This document shows positions 1-12,557 of a stretch of DNA of 64,000 nt, piece by piece (the stretch's first letter is position 1; each line of letters begins with the position of its first letter). This stretch comes from Puccinia triticina (Eukaryota), in assembly GCA_026914245.1 (NCBI GenBank), contig CP110439.1, positions 372,001 to 436,000 of the forward strand, written 5' to 3'. The notes under the pieces were generated by a model. It did no database searches. It saw nothing but the letters and a program-made list of their open reading frames with translations, and had not been told where the DNA came from. Position numbers and translations under genes: made by a program.

Positions 1-580
1 CTTGCAACTCCATCATACCCTTTGAAATTCAGCAAAAGGGTTTCATTACCGCTTTTGAGTCTTACAACGGTCAAAGGTGCATGGTAGCCTGCCATGGGTT
101 AGTGTTGGGCTACTTCACCAGTGACTCCGATTTCTGCTTGACAGGTTGGAGTTTGCCCTCATCAGTGCTGGTACTTTCACAAGGTTAGTGTGCGTACTCA
201 TGTGATGGTCTGATAGCCATATCAGTGAGAGGTGTTGAGATGAAAAAGCTAAAGAACCACAGGACTGTGGAGCTGAAGCATCTTGGAAATGGAAAAATGG
301 TGTCTCACAAAGGCACTGTACACGCAAGCTTATCTTGTTTTTCTGTTGAGCTGAGGTTCTCATCAGAAGTGTTTGAGCTCTTGGGGACCAGTTCACTATG
401 TATCACCTTCAAATACATGTTTGAGTGTACAGAAAAAACAAAGGCCAATACTACAGAGGTGTGCACCAAGATATTCAGAGTTGCTGTTGGTGTGGTATTG
501 GCCCCTAATATGGTCCAAAGGTTGTTGGAATTTGAACTTGTTCTTGCTCTCCAGTATTTCCTCTCTGTCTATCACTAGAC
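1..580 (+). pseudogene. Degenerate coding remnant of an unidentified repeated family, truncated by window start
   Basis: + frame reads CNSIIPFEIQQKGFITAFESYNG..., has an internal stop, then continues into ORF 225-578. CpG-poor. The first ~66 nt are similar to the opposite strand at 59277-59342 (IMPLTIQKTGFTTAFESYN). Confidence 0.35.
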
Positions 581-1539
581 TGTTGCATGTCTTTCACAGC
601 CCATTTATGCATGTATTTCTTTCCTATTCACTATGAGTCTTCAAACATGTGCCCACAACTTGACCATCTTGTAGTTAGTCTATTTAAAAACCTCAGACTT
701 CATAGGAATCAGATCATCAGTCTTGACCAGCTTGATCCCTTGTGTGCACTTCATGAGCCCGCACATTGTTCTTACCTACAAAGGCACTTAAGCCCCTTCA
801 AAGTAAGCCTCAGCTCCTTTTCAGACTTGTTGTCTGCTATTGGCTAAACCAAGATTTTTCCCTCTGCTTGCTTTGCTCCCCTCTGGCTTTAATTTTTTCA
901 AAGGTTGTGCATGTTGTGGTGCAATAGTACAAAGTCCAAGTCAATTCAGATAGCTGTACAATCTTCTAGATCACACCGTGTTATAGTGGATATAGGGTTG
1001 GGAGATGGCCAGTGCCTAGGACTACACCTGCTGCTGTGCATTTCCCCAAAATTTTGAAATTTGTTCATAAAAGCTTTAAATTGGGATCCAAAGTTTAGTG
1101 AAATTCAATTGTGAACCCCCCTAATAAGAGTAAAACCACGATATAGTGGGGCTAATACTGTAGAGTGAACAAGTGTTGTACTGTTATGGGGTAAGCTGAG
1201 TGCAAGTAGTTTGCTGAGAGAAATGACAACTAGGGGGAGGAGAGCCTCCTTGAATAGAAAAGAGTCAGACATTTTAGCTGCAGGGGAACAAGAGAATGAG
1301 GGATTTCAGCTGGTGGTTGACAGGTCACATGAGGTAATGATGTCATATGAGGGAATTTAGCTAGCTTGGACTGTAAAATGATGTCATGGTCACATGCTGC
1401 CATCCTGTCATGATTTCATCTGCAAGCTGCATGAGGGGTTTTTGCTAGCTTGACACCTGCATGATCCTGCATGATGTCATCTGTCAACTGTCACTCTTCA
1501 GCCCCTATTGCATTAGTCAGCATGTGCCTGCATAATACT

Positions 1540-1690
1540 GCAAAAGACTACATAAGACTGCATAAGAGTGCATAAGAGTGTATCAAGTGTGCATAACACT
1601 GCATGACATTGCATGACATTGCATTAAATTGTATGACACTGTATGACACTGCATGACACTGCATGAAATGTGCATAACACAATGTGATGA
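1540..1690. repeat. Degenerate 10-bp minisatellite (GCATGACACT / GCATAAGAGT-type units)
   Basis: Consecutive 10-mers such as gcataagagt, gcatgacatt, gtatgacact and gcatgacact are read directly. Confidence 0.8.
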
Positions 1691-1960
1691 GTGCAGCTGA
1701 TGAGGTAATGTATATGTAAAGGGTAGACATGTTGTCAGAGTGGTCCATGTAACAGATTACATGGCCCCTGGGTAAGTGTTGTTTATATAACAGATTACAT
1801 GACCTGAGTATGGTGTTTGTGTGTATGTAACTGACTGATTGTGTCTTGAAGGGGTTGTAACTTCTGATCCAGAGGGGTCTAAGGTGTGTTGTCCATGGTG
1901 TTGTGTAGCTTTGGCCGTAGAATCCAGTGGTGCTGCCATATTGGGTGATTTGTGAGTGTA

Positions 1961-2619
1961 CAGTGGGTAGACAATTGTATCCACCACACTTTTTTGGGCT
2001 CTAGAATCTCCACCCACCAACTCCAAGTCATTTCTTTTGATGAGATTTTTCAAAATAGGCTTCAAAAGATGAATATGAAAGAAATATGAAAAAACAAAGT
2101 TGTGACTTTTCAATTTTTTTTGGAAAAAAGCAAGTTTTTCTTGCACACTTAATTCTTTTTTTCAGAGAAAGGTGAATAGACAGAAGGCAAGAATGGAACA
2201 TGAAAAAAATGATAATAAATGAAAAAAATGTGACCCAAAAAAGGTTCAGCTTGGTGGGTGGACACTCTGCAGTCAAAATGGGGGTATTACAGTGCCAGAA
2301 TGTCAGGTATTCTGGTAAATGACTCACTCACATCTTTTAACCCACATAAAATCAGTTTTCTTCTCAATTTTTACTTATCTATATTCATTTCAGGTATTAT
2401 ACTATCATTCCTCAACCTTCAAAATTTTCTCAGAAAAATATTTCAGTTTTTGGTTTTCTTTTTTGATTTTTGTAAATCACATAATTTTGTATTTATTTTT
2501 TCATATTTGTGCTTTAAAGACTGTTTTGAACCATCTTACCAATAACAGTGACTTGAAGTTGGTTGGTTGAGTTTCTATGGTCCAAAAATGGTGTGGTGTA
2601 TACAATTGTCTACCCACTG
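1961..2619. mobile_element. Tc1/mariner-type MITE
   Basis: Terminal inverted repeat CAGTGGGTAGACAATTGTAT ... ATACAATTGTCTACCCACTG, extending imperfectly for well over 100 bp inward. TA on both sides (1959-60, 2620-21). No ORF. Confidence 0.85.
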
Positions 2620-2950
2620 TACACATGAGAAAGAAGAAAATTTTGAAATAGGCTAGATGGGTAACCATGAAGCATACCACAACAGCAACATCAACTCCAA
2701 CTAACAATTGACTCCAGAAGCTCCAATTCTGCTTCTTTTTTTTCAAGTGTACCCTTCAGTGTCCACCAATTTGATAAATAACAAGCCATTACCTGTTGTT
2801 AACATAGCAATTCATAAATGTATGATTTCTGCTTTTCCTTCCCTGGCCCTAGAAGCACAGATACCTGGGAATACCGGCAGGCATGTTTGACCCCGCCCAT
2901 GGACCATACCTGGTGTTCCTGCTGGGAAGGTTCACCTTGGGCAACATTGC

Positions 2951-2980
2951 GGAGCCCTGCCCCGCGGGTTCCAGCGCTAG
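2951..2980 (+). mobile_element. Candidate Helitron 3' terminus
   Basis: GC-rich hairpin GGAGCCC...GGGTTCC followed by CTAG and then T. The matching 5' end was not identified. Confidence 0.35.
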
Positions 2981-4283
2981 TTCAAGAGCCTCAAGATCCA
3001 ATATACTGCTTCCTCATCCTGCAATCTACCATCTTGGATCCAGAACCCCCAGATCCCATCTTCCTCTCCTAAAACTTGCCCATAACAGCAGTTACACTGG
3101 AGTACACTGCATGTCAACTGCTGAAACTCTCTAGAGTGTTTCTTGTAATGATGAAGTTTGACTCTGATGATCAACAAGGGATAACCAAAAACAGCAACTT
3201 TCAAAAAAAATGAAAAAGTTACAATGCCAAAGTTGAAAAGTTGAGGAGGGTATTAAGACAGCAAGATGCAGGCCATCATCTCCGCTCAAAAAAAAATCAA
3301 GGTTCTCCGAGTTTGTGAGGTGTAGTGCGGAAAGAGAGTGCTCTACACCAAAACAGTTTCCTGCTCTTCTCGCCCAAAGCTGTCATCACCCAAGTCCCTC
3401 CTGCCAATGGTACACGATGGGGTTGCACATGCGGCACGCGATTGAACCTCCATTCTTTCTCTACATCATTTATCGGGGTATCACCGGGCGGAAAAATCAC
3501 CACTTGGCCAAAGGGCCCGTGATACTGCCACGAGCACGGTACTATCTATTGCTGGACTACATATCTCGTCGTAGGAGACGTGTCGATGACCAACTCCGGC
3601 AGCTCACCACAGCAAACTGTTCCGGTCAAACGTATCAAAGTCTCACCCGCTGGCGGCGAAGCCGGACCCCTCCCGGAGCGTTCTCCGTCGTCCCGTGGAC
3701 CCTCCATTCGAAGATCAAGCTCGGCTCCGAGGAGTTGGTAATCGGGCTACATACATATTTATGTTCTGGGCAGGTCAGGTCAGGTTCCTTTTGTACAGTT
3801 GCAAATTTGATAAACATTCCGGTCGTTGAACGTTCACATCGCGAAAAGAAAAGAACCAAACAGAGCTAACGAGCGAACGGGCTAACGAGAGTGTATATGA
3901 GTGTGATGTGACCGAACCCTTCGACTCTGCTGTTCACCCTTGTTCACTCATGAAGCAAATCTGTCCTAGTACTCAACAACCTGACTTCGCATTTCGAAAA
4001 GCGACATGTATTGGACGGTTGAGTTCCGAGAGTTAATCCTCTCTGGGAGCACGCCTAGGCAAGCACGGGAGAGTGGAAATCTATAAACCTCGGCTGCAAT
4101 CGGTCAGATAGGAACATGTTCGCAACTTGGCAAGCTTGGCATGTATGTAGCGGTGAACCTTTCAAGCATTCATTGGCACTGCTTCAACTTTCAACTCAGC
4201 AAGTAAGTAAGCAGGAAATACACCTCTCGTCACATCCCCTGTTCCCATTCTCGCTGTGCATCGAAGACCCCCCGCCTGCAAGA

Positions 4284-7200
4284 ATGCTTTCTCGCTTTCG
4301 CGAATGTAAAGAGGCTAGACTGGAACACCTCTCAATCGATTCAAAGCTCGAAGAGTTGCCAGTCAAGCATGCAGATCGAATTCGTCGCCTCATGGAGCTA
4401 ACCCGCTCGCTCAAGTCTTCTATGGGACATCAGTGTGATATTGAACTTCCAAAAATTGTGGTTCTAGGGGTGAGTGTGAGATGCCTGTAACCCATACTTA
4501 GGATGCTGTCTATAATGGCAATATGGGGCTTACGTGGAAAGCTTCTAACTCCACCTTTCACTTTCAGGGCCCACTTACCAAGCAGAATTCGTTGTTGGAA
4601 TGTATAACCGGGGTTGAGTTTTCATCTTGTATTCCCCCCTTATGAACATTGAACTTACATATGTTACTTTGCTCTGGATCACTGACACGCCGCGGATAGG
4701 TTGAACTCCCTCGGGAGTTTGAACACGACCAAAGAGCCCCCATCGAGTTCCGTTTGATCAATACAATTGAAACCGACTGGGGATGTCGCGTTAAAATAAG
4801 GTACGACTATACAAGGCAAAATTACAAACAGATCCCAGAGCATGTGGAAGAGATTACCTTTGGCGAAATGATTAGCGACCCAAAGAAGGTCGAAGGCGCA
4901 TTACGTGAAGCCCACAGTTATCTGCTGGATAGTGATCGTTGCGTGACGGCCTCTCGAGGTAGCCATCCTGAAACAGCCAGCGGTGGCACCGAAAAATCAA
5001 TTCAAAGTGGCTGCCCGTTCAGCAAGAATGTCATCTGTTTAGAAATCCGAGGGCGTTCGGTAGTAGATTTGACTTTAGTGACTTTGCCCGTGAGTTTTGT
5101 ATAGTTTAGAAGGCTCTTGAACGAACTTGGTTGAACTTTACTGAGTTTGTTAAACATGTTGATAGAATTTTACTCGAATTCACTCAAACCGGGCACTTCA
5201 AGACTTTGTAGTCTCTGATTACCTCGAGACCAACTGTTGTATTGTATTATTGATCAATGGGTCAGGTACGTCTCGTATCTTTTGCCTAGGAGAAATCTTA
5301 CGACGAAGTCTGAAACTCAATCCCCTTTGATAGACCGTCCTCAAGTTCATCCAGATTTTGGTTTAGCCCAACAAGTTGATCCCATGGGGAGTCGAATCAT
5401 AGGTAGGCCTTTGGATTGACTTCAAAAAACAATGCTCAAAACCTAACGAAAAAAATCCTGGTTGACATTAGGTCTTTTCAGCTGCCCAGACGTGGCTGAA
5501 GTGGCACATTCAAGTTCGACAGCCAACTTAACAAGGGCTATACAATCTGGATTCAGAGCGCTCCGCTCAGGTTCTGTCACAAAGGGGCCGTCGTATTCCC
5601 CTTCGAAACCAGATGCGTCGCTTGCAAGGCAGATAAGCAACAGGTCAATTCGAGGCACGACCACAGCATGGAAGGCGATGAGATGGCAAGACCCATTTTT
5701 TTCTGAAGTGAAGTTTGCGTCGACTTTCGATGGCTCAGAACTGGTGATATTCTTCGGAGAGATTTTCTCAGAGTTATTACAACAATCGTATGAACACATC
5801 ATCTCAAGTTTCCTCAGTCGTCTGGATGATACCCAAAATTCATACCGAGTGTCTTGATTGGAACTGTTTATAGGATACCCAGGTTGCTGGGAATTACCTC
5901 TCAAATCTATACACTCCAATCGCCCATGAATATCGCGCCTGCAAAGCCTGGAGATGATATCAGGGATCGTTCTTTCTATCAGGTCTACGCGACTTGTGCC
6001 ACGGAGATAAATCGTTTCGTGGCTAGAACAATTGCTGGTGAAGAGCTTGGCAGCGAGATTGAGGAGGTGTACGAAGAACTAGGATCCCGGGCCTTTTCCG
6101 ACCTTCCGCTTTTTGTCCCGGTACCTAGGCGAGAAGATGATCTTCCGGCTTTTAAACAACTTTCAGAACTTGCAGATATGAATCTGTACCCGGAGGCCTA
6201 CCGGACGACCGACCCACAAAAAATCGACATCCGCTCACGCCGACCAAGGGTCTATTTGAAGGAGGTGCAAGACTATCTGAGACATATGAAAAGGTTAGAC
6301 CTTACGTTCAAGTGATGTTGTCGGCGCGCTGATTTGCCCAGTTCAACATTCAACCTCTAACGTTCATAGCGTGAACTGCCCAGGATCACCAGGAGCTGTC
6401 CATCCTTTCTGCGAAAAAACTCCTCTCATGGACTTGCCGATCCTGAAGTGGAAATCACATGCCCACGATGCACTTTCGCAGGTGTTTCGACTCCTGCAAG
6501 GCGCCATCGACCGCATCATCAACCAGCGGTGTACAAGAACTCCCAGTTTCCAACCCAAAATTAGGTGAGTATCCTGCTCAAATACATATTCTTATTATCC
6601 CGTTTCATGGAGTATAATCCCGTTACATGGAATAAACACATACGCATGCCTTTGATTTATTCTAGTGAATTCATATATCTACGCCTCAATGATATATTTT
6701 CGGAAGCACAAAAAAGCCTCGATACGACACTGGAATTTGAACTGGTTCCTTACACCCAATGTCTACAACAACTATTGACCCTTCGGGCTAGTATATTAGA
6801 GACATACCAACTCTCCTGTCACCTTCTCGACAGAGGAGAGGAAAAAAGAACCCCAGATCTTACAAAAAGAGGGGCTATGCACCAACCAGGTTTGCGGAAC
6901 GGGTGGATGTCCTTCGAAAGCAGAGGGGCCGCTTCACTTGAGAGGTCCAAGCCAAAACTGAATGGCTGGGAAGTAGAAGTGAACGCTTGCGCAGAGGCGT
7001 CGGCTTACCTAGATTTGGCACTGAGGGTAAGTCGGTGCTTCCTACATTAGTTTTTACGTTAGAATAACGACGCTGATAAATGTAAGGATGGGGTACCGAA
7101 CAAACTGATAGAATTTGTTGGAAATTACGTCGATGACAATTGAGAAGGAGTTACTCGACGAAATGGATACTTGTGATCTAGCAAAATTCTCCCTTTCTAC

Positions 7201-7312
7201 TCCCAGCAATCCTGCCCCACCTTCAGCAGTCTTACATCTAGTAGGCGAAATTCAAAATATCATCCAGGATGAAACAGAAGAGCTGCTTTTACTCGATCCT
7301 TTCCAGTGTTGA
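4284..7312 (+). CDS. Dynamin-related protein with degenerate GTPase motifs (multi-exon)
   Basis: Spliced translation: IELPKIVVLG|GPLTKQNSLLECITG|VELPR..., FSKNVICLEIRG..DLTLVTLP, LAQQVDPMGSRIIG|LFSCPD, and a GED-like end AYLDLALR|NLLEITSMTIEKELLD. Canonical GT-AG introns keep the frame open. Confidence 0.75.
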
Positions 7313-8214
7313 CATGCCTTCCTCAGGAGATCGCCCAGGTGATATCGGACTAGGTTAGTAAGCCCTCATCTGAACTATTGTTTGAGGAGAGACCATGTAT
7401 TTACATAGAGATAAAAGATATTATTGTATATATCCGACCAATGCTGCACTTTGACAATTATCTTTGCTGCATCATATTTTCTGTCCTTGTTTTTGCAATC
7501 CTGTGTCTCACATTGTTCTTTCGACTCTATGTCAACTTGCTTTGTCCACCATCTTCAGCCTATGAAAATATGATTATTCTATCTAACAGTTTTTGATCAG
7601 ACTCCAGTGCTTCACGCTGAAAGGTGCACTTTTCAGAGTTTCCTGTTTGGCGATATGGGCAGCAGCTTGATACTCCGACTCCAGACCAACCATGGTTTGG
7701 TTTGTAGGCTTTTCCAGCCACACACATGAGTGTCTATCAATAAAACTTTTGATTGAGAAGATGCTTATTCTCCGCCCGGAATTTTATCCAAAAAAAAAAT
7801 CCTTTGGCTCGATCTCTTTGCCAATGATGAAACTGCTTATACAGAGTCTGTTATCGAGATGTCAGATCCTGAGGAGCATAGAAGAGTCCATCGTATAACC
7901 AAGCGGCGGGACAAGCAACTTGATGAGTGGCGCGACCAATGATAGCGGAGCCTTGTTGGTGTCATCGGCCGTCGAGCTTCATCAGATAGGAATAGGCATC
8001 ATCAAGAGTCATCGGAGCAAAATCGAGCTCATTTGTGTCAAGTTCGGAGCAAAATGCGATTCAAATGAAGTGTGAAATCTGAATAAGGTTTCAGGATCAT
8101 TTCACTCATTGGAGGCTCAGTTGAAGTTGACCAGCGGATCCAAGCGCAACAACTGGAATGAAATAGTCCATGACACAGCAGTACAAGAGGGTAACTACAT
8201 GAGTTGGGAGAGAT

Positions 8215-8725
8215 TTAAGAACAGCAGCTACCTGCACTGGTAGCGGCAGCTTCTTTACAGCCGCAGTCAGAGCAGGAACACGCTTTTCCGGCAGCCGCGC
8301 AAACGCAGCGGTTGGGGGCCCTGGTGAAGGAGCGCATGAACCATAGAAAGCATGAGCATAGGGAGTTGTACCTTGAGAGAGTAAAGCCAGACGAGACATA
8401 GCTAGGACGAGGAAAGGAATGAAAACCTACCCGGTAGGTAAGGCGGACGAGGTGCAACCGCAACCGGTCTCCTTGTTGCAGCTACATTCTTGAAGGTTTC
8501 CAGTCGAGCAAGGCTGTGGGTCATTATGCGGAGAGAAAATCAGTGACCAACCAAATTGCAGTCGAGAGAAGGAACTACTCACTTGGCAGCTACAGGCACG
8601 TACTTCTCCGTTGTCAAGAGCAACGTCGGGGCAACCACCTGTCAGCGGGAAAGAAACAATGAGGGCATTAGAGGACCGTTAACCAGTGCTCGAGTAATGA
8701 GAGAAGAGGACCAACAGGCAGGCAT
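8215..8725 (-). CDS. Metallothionein-like Cys-rich protein, 84 aa, 4 exons
   Basis: Exons 8725-8716, 8638-8583, 8513-8431 and 8320-8215 (255 nt, all GT-AG) give MPACGCPDVALDNGEVRACSCQPCSTGNLQECSCNKETGCGCTSSALPTGAPNRCVCAAAGKACSCSDCGCKEAAATSAGSCCS. 17 Cys, seven CxC motifs, no aromatic residues, no signal peptide. Confidence 0.85.
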
Positions 8726-9252
8726 AGTGTTGGGTGCTGGGCAGATTGTTAATGTGAGGATGCTAAAACTTCGAAGGATGTGGGCTGTGGAAGTTCGCAG
8801 TTGAGGATGGATGGGGGGAGAGGTTGGGCCTCTTAAATAGACAAACGGACGCAACCTGTTAACTTTAATTCTGGTTGTGCGGCCCAGACTGTCTCCCAAA
8901 CGGTCGAAGTGAAATCATGAGCCCTTTTCGCCGGCACAAACCCCGCTACAAGGACAACAGGGCACATGGCAACCAACGTGTGTGTATGACGTAAATCCGA
9001 CTTTGTGAGCTACATAACCGGCGCAACCCGCCGTGGAGCTGGGGATGCTTTTATCAGCTGGCCATTGGAAACTTGTTGGAGCTGCAGTGCCGCACGGAAA
9101 TAACCCGAAAGTTGTATCCTAATCGATAGTGTTTTGCCACGCGATAGCCATCCGCACTTCCAGGGCGAAAGTCGCGCCCTATCTACAACATGAGTTACTT
9201 CATACTTGAACTGGTACCCCCTACTTGCAACAAGTCCCTCGAGGACACAGAG

Positions 9253-9455
9253 TGGAGGACTTCCCGTCGGCATTTAGAGAGCTCTAGATGCCCCTATAGC
9301 TCCTAAATTAAGACATCTACTAAATCAACAATCAGTGCACATGAAAGTCATGAGCTGTGGAGTTAGGAAAACATTTTCCCTTCTACCAAAAATTAAGAGT
9401 ATGGGTGTGTAAATTGAGATCTGGGAGGCTCCCAGACTCGATGGGAAGTCCACCA
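9253..9455. repeat. Short inverted-repeat (MITE-like) element, related sequence at ~29130-29330
   Basis: TGGAGGACTTCCCGTCG at 9253 and the near-complement CGATGGGAAGTCCACCA ending 9455. GGGTGTGTAAATTGA and ATCTGGGAGGCTCCCAGA recur on the minus strand near 29210-29310. Confidence 0.5.
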
Positions 9456-10747
9456 GTGCTTCCATTTTGTTTTTCTACGAACACCCTAAAAGGCTCATTG
9501 GAGTTTTCATGCCTTTTCCAAGAATATGTTTCAGAGATTATGTGCAATTTGGCACACCTTTTTCAACACCTCCCTATTAGGGGGCTTACCGGGGTCCTGG
9601 GGTACCACGTCGTCTGCAGGGCCCTGATCAGGCAACTTGCTGTTATCTGGGGGTGTTTCGACGTCAATCTGGCCCCCGCGTCATCTGGACCGGATGGATC
9701 TTCATCGATTGCTCCGCCGTGTAGATGGTCTCTTCACCCTTCCAGCTTCACCAAACTCAATTTTCAAGTACGCTTTGCTGAGATCACATAAGTTTGAATG
9801 ATCCTTGACGAGAGCAGGTTTTCTCGGAGTTGCTACAGCGGCTTTTGATTTATTTTTCATTCTATGATTCCTCTGGGATCGTTCGTTTTGAGGGTTTGAT
9901 TTATTTCCGAATACTTCATTGAGAGGAATCACGTTTTCAAAGTTAACTGTCAGGCTGATGGTAATATTTATTTTTTTCAGGATTTTGACTGGGGTTATGA
10001 ATTATCTTTGATGGAAGCCAATTTAAAAACCGGTCTCGAGACGCCCAACGCTCTTGCTGACACATTCACGGCCCTTATCAATAGACCCGTTGGAAGCAGG
10101 CCGGATATTGATAAAATGCAACTGTTTTCTTATAGACTGCTTCCCATTAAATGAATTTTGCTCGTAGAACATATCAGCTGCCCCTGTGGTCTATACAAGA
10201 TCTGTCCATACATCAGTTTCTGCTGCGCTACATGAATATTTATTTATCATTTCCAAGCAATACGGAAAGTGCGGCAAGTGTTTGTATTTGTAAACATCAT
10301 ACTTGCGACTAGGTCTCATCGCAGTATATAGCTTGACTTGGACTGGCCCAGACAATTTTGGATGTACCTCAAGTCTATCGGAGTCCAAAACAAAGACTGG
10401 CGTCTGCGAATTTGGTACACGCATCTGGGACCTGCCGCCAGGAACACAAAAAGCAGCCGGCCCTGACTTCAGGCCAGGGTCCAGACAGAAGGCTTATGAC
10501 ACGCGAGAGACACGTCCAAGGTGGGAGCCCCGGAGCTCAAAAGGCGCGGTACTTTGATGGTAGGAGGTATCAACCAGCTTCTGTTCTACATCTTTTCCTG
10601 CACAAACCCAAGTTTCTTTGTATCGAAACATTTACTCTTCATAACTTTTACATCCCGGCACAGCTGAAGAATCAACGCTCAGCCCAAACACGAAGACCTC
10701 AACATGAAGCCGCTATCATGTCAAAGACGAAAAACTAGCCAAACGAA

Positions 10748-11250
10748 GGGATGCTGCAGATGTTGAGCCTGTTTGTCTTTACTCCAGGAAACCCTCCATC
10801 AGACGCTCCCACTTCACAAGTTCAAGTCAACCAAGTCCTCGCGGGTTCAAAAGAAACTCGAAAGAGGTTCATATCCTTTTAAACCATTGCTATCGTTGCA
10901 AACCGTTGCTATAAGCGCAAACTTCAATGCGACTGCGTGATTCCAATGACTGGAAACATGCAAAATCGAAAGGATATAAAAAACGCCGAGCCTGCACGAG
11001 TTGTACTCCAGGAAACACTCCATCTAAGCGGTCCAAAAGAAACTCAACAGAGGTCAATATACCACCAAACCATTGCGAATAATGCCAGCTATGACGCGAC
11101 TGCGTGGTTCCAAAGACTGCAAGCAAGAAAACTGACGGGATGCTAAAAATGATCCTGCTTAAGTTTTACTTCAGGAAAACCCCATCTGACGTTCCCACTC
11201 CAGCTATGCAGCAGCAGGGCAAAAGGAAACTCCCACTTCCTTATAAACCA
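10748..11250. repeat. Three degenerate tandem units of ~165-225 bp
   Basis: GGAT...GAGCCTG...TACTCCAGGAAAC.CTCCATC...CAAAAGAAACTC-like blocks start at ~10748, ~10972 and ~11137. Confidence 0.65.
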
Positions 11251-12557
11251 AGACCTCGTGAAGCGAATTCTGCACACTGAACCATCTTTCCCTCGTGACC
11301 AGTTTCCAACCACCAGTATATGTAAACAATTTTGCTGTTAAGTTAAGCCAGCTGAGCTAGAAAAGCAGCAGTCGATCTTCGGTTAGCCCACCTGCAGACC
11401 ATGACACTGCCCTTTCTTCTGTCGCTCATCGACCTCTCTCACTCAAAGCAGAGTGACAATAGTTATTGGCTCAGTCTCCCTTCCAAGCAACGTCCACACC
11501 TTTTTTCGATGAATAGATACCGATGGTAACGTGTACCGCTGACCAGTTGCCTCGCGTAAGCGTGTCCGCCATCAAGCTATGAATCATTGCTCGTCGCAGT
11601 GTGAATGTTCTTTGACTTCAGTACGAATGATGGCAACCTCTTTAGAGTAGCTACCGGGATTTTTGGACCTACCAGGAACAAGGACGCTTTCATGGTCCCG
11701 CCCATTCATCCAATCGAGATGGGGCTGTTACTTGAACCTATTGCTGTTTTCCCCGGCAATCTTCAGACTGTCCACACAGATGTGCAAATCCATCGTTATC
11801 TTGTCCGTCCCCTCCCAACATTAGGACACAGGAGCTTTGCAAGCCATCGGCTGGTCTTGGGCCATGGGGCGTAACTCAATCCAGTTGGTGATGTATCGAA
11901 AGTCCAAAGATGACTCTACATCCTCCGGTTCGCCAGCTCAGGATCTGCCGCTCCCACTCTATCACCAGTGGTCGCAATCATGTCCTTCCCCTATACAAAC
12001 TGGTAGAAAGACGGAAGCTTACATATCTTCTAGCTCTCGAGCACTAATATCCCTGGCATGTTCGAGCGATCACAATAAGTTTTTTTTTTTTGAAAAATGG
12101 TCGACTGTAGTACACACGATCGTCGTAATATGTCGTCAGCCGAAGGGATCTTGAGGGGTGGCTCGAGGGAGCCATTGGCATTGTGTACATACAATCGGTG
12201 AGAGGCACTTTGGACCTCACTCTCCTCACTAGGCGAGATTTGCAAGAGGTTCGATCCGCAACTGTTTGTCAATTGGGTGACGGGAAAGAGCTGGAAAGAC
12301 ACAGACTGACTGGGGAATGAAACGCCTTCCGTCGAGCGTGTGTCTCGGCTGGTTCTCGATGGTCAAGGCGGAGATCGACTCGAATCACAAGTCTCACGAT
12401 GGCACCCGAGTTGTCCGTGTACAGTGCCAGATGCCCATGGCTCTAGACCAGTGGTGTCGCCTTACTCCTCTTGCGTTACTACTGCCTCGATGAAGAAACT
12501 CCGCTACATACCGGTGCTCGTTGAATAGTTTGCATCGCTATCGGTTCTGCGGAAACG

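Noticed and set aside
3315..3869. 184-aa ORF upstream of the dynamin-like gene
   Set aside because: Non-ATG start and no recognisable domain; cannot be supported.
12190..12270. GGTTCGATCC resembling a tRNA T-loop
   Set aside because: No acceptor, D or anticodon stems could be folded around it.
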